From Oscillospiraceae bacterium (lineage in GTDB: Bacteria; Bacillota; Clostridia; Oscillospirales; CAG-272), in the NCBI GenBank assembly GCA_015064845.1, contig SVRL01000007.1, positions 1,790-65,789 on the forward strand: a stretch of DNA of 64,000 nt, read 5' to 3'. Below are positions 60,274-64,000 of this stretch, one piece after another (position 1 is the stretch's first letter; each line of letters opens with the position of its first letter). Below the pieces are notes generated by a model. That model saw only the letters and a list, made by a program, of their open reading frames with translations, ran no database searches and was not told the origin of the DNA. Position numbers and translations under genes: made by a program.

Positions 60274-62802
60274 TTGAAAACATTCTATACTGAAGATATC
60301 AAAAAAACCGACCGAATCGGTCGGCTTGTCGAAAACCTTTACAAAAAAATGCCGGAAATCGAAGCGGATCGCGCAGTTTTACTGACGGAATCATACCGCG
60401 AAACGGAAGGAGAACCGATCATTCTTCGCCGCGCAAAAGCGTTTGCGCATATTCTGAAGAATATTCCGATTACCATCCGTGACGAGGAACTGATCGTCGG
60501 AAGCGCAACACAGGCGCCGCGCGGCTGTCAGACTTTTCCGGAATATTCTTTTGAATGGTTGGAGGCGGAATTCGATACTGTCGAAACCCGTTTGGCGGAT
60601 CCTTTCTATATTTCCGAGGAAACGAAAGCTGCTTTGCGCGAGGTGCATCAATATTGGAAGGGAAAAACCACGAGCGATCTTGCAACCTCTTATATGGCGC
60701 CCGAAGCCCTTACCGCGATTGAACATAACATTTTCACAACGGGCAACTATTTTTATAACGGCATCGGCCATGTTACCGTTGATTACGGAAAGGTTCTGAA
60801 AATCGGTTACAGCGGTATCATTGAAGAAGCAAAGGCTGCGCTTGCAAAACTGAATTTCGGCGACGGAGATTACGCAAAACGCCATCATTTCCTGAATGCC
60901 GTTATCATCAGCTGTGAAGCTGTTATCGGTTACGCAAAGCGTTACGCGAAGCTTGCGGACACGATGGCTGACGGTTGTCAGGATTTTGAAAGAAAGGCTG
61001 AACTCCGCCGTATTGCCATTAACTGCGAACGCGTTCCCGAATTCGGCGCGAGAAACTTCTATGAGGCTTGTCAGTCTTTCTGGTTCATCCAGATGCTTTT
61101 GCAGATGGAATCCAGCGGACATTCGATTTCTCCCGGTCGTTTTGACCAGTACATGAATCCTTATTTCGAAAAGGATCTGAAGGAAGGGGCAATTACCCGT
61201 GAATTCGCACAGGAACTGATGGACTGCATTTGGGTTAAACTCAATGATCTCAATAAGTGCAGAGATGCCGCTTCCGCGGAAGGCTTTGCGGGTTACAGTC
61301 TTTTCCAGAATCTGATTGCGGGCGGTCAGGATGCAAACGGCATCGATGCCACGAATGACGTTTCGTTCATGTGTATCAACGCCACCATGCACGTATTTCT
61401 TCCCGCTCCCTCGTTCTCCATTCGCGTATGGAACGGCTCTCCGCACGAATTTCTTCTCCGCGCGGCGGCGCTTACGAGAACAGGTATCGGTCTTCCCGCT
61501 TATTACAACGATGAAGTGATCATTCCCGCGCTTCTTTCCAGAGGTGTCAGCCTTGCGGATGCGCGTAATTACAACATCATCGGTTGCGTAGAACCGCAGG
61601 CACCCCATAAGACGGACGGTTGGCACGATGCCGCGTTCTTCAATATGTGCCGTCCTCTTGAACTCGTCTTCACAAGAGGTAAGGATGCAGGGGAACAGAT
61701 CGGACCCGATACGGGCGAATTCAAAAATATGAAGACCTTTGACGACTTCTTTAACGCATACAAGACGCAGATGAATTATTTCATCGAGCTTCTCGTCAAC
61801 TCGGATAACGCGATTGACCAGGCTCACGCCGACAGATGTCCGCTTCCGTTCCAGTCCTGCATGGTTGAGGATTGTATCGGCAGAGGTAAGAGTATGCAGG
61901 AGGGCGGCGCGATCTATAACTTCACGGGTCCTCAGGGATTCGGTATCGCCAATATGGCAGACGCGCTTTACGTCATCAAAACCTTGGTATACGAACAGAA
62001 GAAGTATACCCTTTGCGACTTTGCGGATGCATTGGAAAATAACTACGGTAAGGATATGGAAATCCACTACGCCGAAAAGGTAACGAAAAACGTGGTTGCC
62101 GACCTTACGGCTTCGGGCAAAACGCTTTCCAGAGACGACGTTGCCGCCATTTTCGCTGCGGTTTCCAAAAATCCCTGCTCCGATGCACAGAAAGAAAAAT
62201 ACGACCGTATGCTTGCGGATATCGAAGCCGTTCCGAAATTCGGTAACGACCTCGACGAAGTGGACGCTTTCGCAAGAGAAGTAGCGTACACTTACACAAG
62301 ACCGATGGAAAAATACAAGAATCCCAGAGGCGGTCAGTATCAGGCGGGATTGTATCCCGTTTCCGCAAACGTTCCGCTCGGCGCGCAGACGGGTGCAACT
62401 CCCGACGGAAGACTTGCGCGCACTCCCGTGGCAGACGGCGTTTCTCCCGCAGCGGGCAGAGACGTAAACGGTCCCACTGCGGCGGCAAACTCCGTTGCGA
62501 AGCTTGACCACTATATCGCTTCCAACGGTACGCTTTTCAATATGAAATTCCATCCCACTGCGCTGGCGGGAAGCCACGGACTTGAAAACTTCGTTTCTCT
62601 GGTTCGCGGTTACTTCGATCAGAAGGGCGCGCATATTCAGTTTAACGTTGTCAGCCGTGAAACACTCCGCGACGCACAGGCACATCCCGAAAATTATAAA
62701 TCTCTTGTCGTTCGCGTAGCGGGCTACAGCGCTCTCTTTACGACGCTTTCCAGAAGCTTGCAAAACGACATCATTGCCCGTACTGAGCAAGGAGGATTCT
62801 GA
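60274..62802 (+). CDS. Glycyl radical enzyme of the PFL2/diol-dehydratase clade (probably a B12-independent 1,2-propanediol dehydratase)
   Basis: Glycine loop (VVRVAGYSALF), Cys loop (IIGCVEPQ) and GIGHVTVDY, which carries a His. I prefer the TTG at 60274 (8 nt after GGAGG) over the ORF-track GTG at 60265. BMC shell gene downstream. Confidence 0.9.
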   Translation: MKTFYTEDIKKTDRIGRLVENLYKKMPEIEADRAVLLTESYRETEGEPIILRRAKAFAHILKNIPITIRDEELIVGSATQAPRGCQTFPEYSFEWLEAEFDTVETRLADPFYISEETKAALREVHQYWKGKTTSDLATSYMAPEALTAIEHNIFTTGNYFYNGIGHVTVDYGKVLKIGYSGIIEEAKAALAKLNFGDGDYAKRHHFLNAVIISCEAVIGYAKRYAKLADTMADGCQDFERKAELRRIAINCERVPEFGARNFYEACQSFWFIQMLLQMESSGHSISPGRFDQYMNPYFEKDLKEGAITREFAQELMDCIWVKLNDLNKCRDAASAEGFAGYSLFQNLIAGGQDANGIDATNDVSFMCINATMHVFLPAPSFSIRVWNGSPHEFLLRAAALTRTGIGLPAYYNDEVIIPALLSRGVSLADARNYNIIGCVEPQAPHKTDGWHDAAFFNMCRPLELVFTRGKDAGEQIGPDTGEFKNMKTFDDFFNAYKTQMNYFIELLVNSDNAIDQAHADRCPLPFQSCMVEDCIGRGKSMQEGGAIYNFTGPQGFGIANMADALYVIKTLVYEQKKYTLCDFADALENNYGKDMEIHYAEKVTKNVVADLTASGKTLSRDDVAAIFAAVSKNPCSDAQKEKYDRMLADIEAVPKFGNDLDEVDAFAREVAYTYTRPMEKYKNPRGGQYQAGLYPVSANVPLGAQTGATPDGRLARTPVADGVSPAAGRDVNGPTAAANSVAKLDHYIASNGTLFNMKFHPTALAGSHGLENFVSLVRGYFDQKGAHIQFNVVSRETLRDAQAHPENYKSLVVRVAGYSALFTTLSRSLQNDIIARTEQGGF

Positions 62803-63599
62803 TGAGCGAAAACAAGGATTATCTGAAAACGAAAGGCAGAATTTTCGATATTCAGCGTTTTTCGGTTCATGACGGTCCGGGAATTCGCACGATCGTTTTT
62901 CTGAAAGGCTGTGCGCTCCGCTGCAAATGGTGTTGCAATCCCGAATCCCAGAGTTATGAGATTCAGCAAATGACCCTCGGCGGCGAAACCAAAATCGTCG
63001 GCAGAGACGTTACGGTGGAAGAGGTGATGAACTCCCTTCGAGGTGATCTTCCTTATTACAGAAGATCCGGCGGAGGAGTTACGATTTCGGGCGGCGAGGC
63101 TCTTTGCCAACCCGATTTTGCTTCAGCGCTTCTCCGTGCTTGCAAAGCGCAGGGGATTGATACCGCTATGGAATCTACGGGCTTTGCCGATTACGAAGTC
63201 ATCAAACGCTATTTGCCCTATCTTGACCATTATCTGATGGATATCAAGCATATGGACAGCAAAAAGCACGAGGCATTCACGGGCAGACCCAATGAGAAAA
63301 TCCTTGAAAATGCAGGCAGAATTGCAAGAGACGCCCATCATCTGATCATCCGCACCCCCGTGATCCCCACGTTTAACGATACGCCTGAGGAGATCGGCGC
63401 CATTGCGAATTTTGCAAGATCGCTTCCGAGCGTCAGTGAAATGCATATTCTTCCGTATCACAAGATGGGTACGGATAAATATAAGGGGCTCGGCAGAGAA
63501 TATCTGCTTCCCGATTTGGAACCGCCATCCAAAGAACATATGCAAAGACTCCTTGAGGTTGTGCGTTCCAAAGGTCTTTACGGCCAGATCGGCGGTTGA
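62802..63599 (+). CDS. Glycyl-radical enzyme activating protein (radical SAM)
   Basis: CALRCKWCCNPES is the CX3CX2C cluster motif, and GGVTISGGE is present. TGATG overlap with the GRE gene. Confidence 0.94.
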   Translation: MSENKDYLKTKGRIFDIQRFSVHDGPGIRTIVFLKGCALRCKWCCNPESQSYEIQQMTLGGETKIVGRDVTVEEVMNSLRGDLPYYRRSGGGVTISGGEALCQPDFASALLRACKAQGIDTAMESTGFADYEVIKRYLPYLDHYLMDIKHMDSKKHEAFTGRPNEKILENAGRIARDAHHLIIRTPVIPTFNDTPEEIGAIANFARSLPSVSEMHILPYHKMGTDKYKGLGREYLLPDLEPPSKEHMQRLLEVVRSKGLYGQIGG

Positions 63600-63653
63600 T
63601 CGACTGTTGCCGCAAACGAAAATCACATGTTTTGAAAGAAAGGAATGATGTCA

Positions 63654-64000
63654 ATGAACAATTCCTATATCGGCGGGGATGAGAAAACGAGAATTATTCA
63701 GGAGCTCGTTCCCGGTAAACAAATTACGCTTGCGCACGTGATCGCAAATCCCGATAAAATCCTTTACCGCAAACTGGGTCTGGACCCCGCAGTGGATTAC
63801 AGTAAATCCGCCATCGGTATTCTGACGGTCAGCCCCAGCGAAACGGCAATCATCGCGGCGGACATTGCCTTGAAATCCTCGGGCGCGGAGCTTGGATTCG
63901 TTGACCGCTTCAGCGGAACCGTGATCGTAACGGGAACGGTTTCCGAAGTGGAAGCTTCCATGGAAGCGATTACCGAATACGCGAAAAACAAGCTTGGCTT
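63654..64000 (+). CDS. BMC shell protein, PduU/EutS type (3' end off the window)
   Basis: My own translation is [34 protein letters not shown]...[22 protein letters not shown]...[15 protein letters not shown]. This is the permuted BMC-domain signature. It is not in the ORF track because no stop lies inside the window. Confidence 0.85.
   Translation, partial: MNNSYIGGDEKTRIIQELVPGKQITLAHVIANPDKILYRKLGLDPAVDYSKSAIGILTVSPSETAIIAADIALKSSGAELGFVDRFSGTVIVTGTVSEVEASMEAITEYAKNKLG

Noticed and set aside
60391-62790. 799-aa ORF on the minus strand.
   Set aside because: It is antisense to the glycyl radical enzyme gene, so it is a shadow frame.
60274-62802. Choline trimethylamine-lyase (CutC) assignment for the BMC-associated GRE.
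   Set aside because: The size and BMC context are compatible with CutC. However, the substrate-pocket position in GIGHVTVDY carries His, as in diol dehydratases, and the residue numbering coincides with the propanediol dehydratase I remember. I left it as probable diol dehydratase pending alignment.

Overview
This 64-kb chromosomal segment looks like a saccharolytic anaerobic Firmicute of Clostridia type. The evidence is the gene content (fhs, feoAB, a glycyl-radical enzyme next to a BMC shell gene), GGAGG ribosome-binding sites, and several TTG/GTG starts. I call 52 protein-coding genes (two are cut by the window edges), 2 tRNAs (Pro-UGG, Leu-GAG), one ZTP (pfl-motif) riboswitch ahead of fhs, several sigma-A-like promoters, hairpin terminators and a small family of intergenic repeats.

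Most of the window is housekeeping:
- rpsF-ssb-rpsR, cls and fhs
- thiI, a U32 peptidase, maf, nth, rarA and mnmA
- proBAC and feoAB
- glycan catabolism genes (GH127, GH31, GH20 and a beta-helix protein)

The parts that ordinary annotation does not explain are:
1. A tightly packed seven-gene envelope operon at 33.3-46.1 kb. It has a giant CBM-fused solute-binding protein, two MalF/MalG-type permease pairs, an NHL-propeller/TPR/Yip1 membrane protein and a 1168-aa secreted protein, with no ATPase. This is my best candidate for an undescribed system.
2. An AT-rich orphan gene beside tRNA-Pro. It encodes a decayed P-loop/helicase-like N-domain, a coiled coil and a C-terminal Rx4H (HEPN-like) motif, and may be a stand-alone abortive-infection or toxin protein.
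3. An in-frame fusion of a Gfo/Idh/MocA oxidoreductase to RNase HI.
4. A methylglyoxal-synthase paralogue with all catalytic residues replaced.
5. A repeat family of about 95-105 nt carrying hairpins.
6. The start of a glycyl-radical-enzyme microcompartment locus at the right edge.

All family assignments come from reading motifs by eye. No database search was run.
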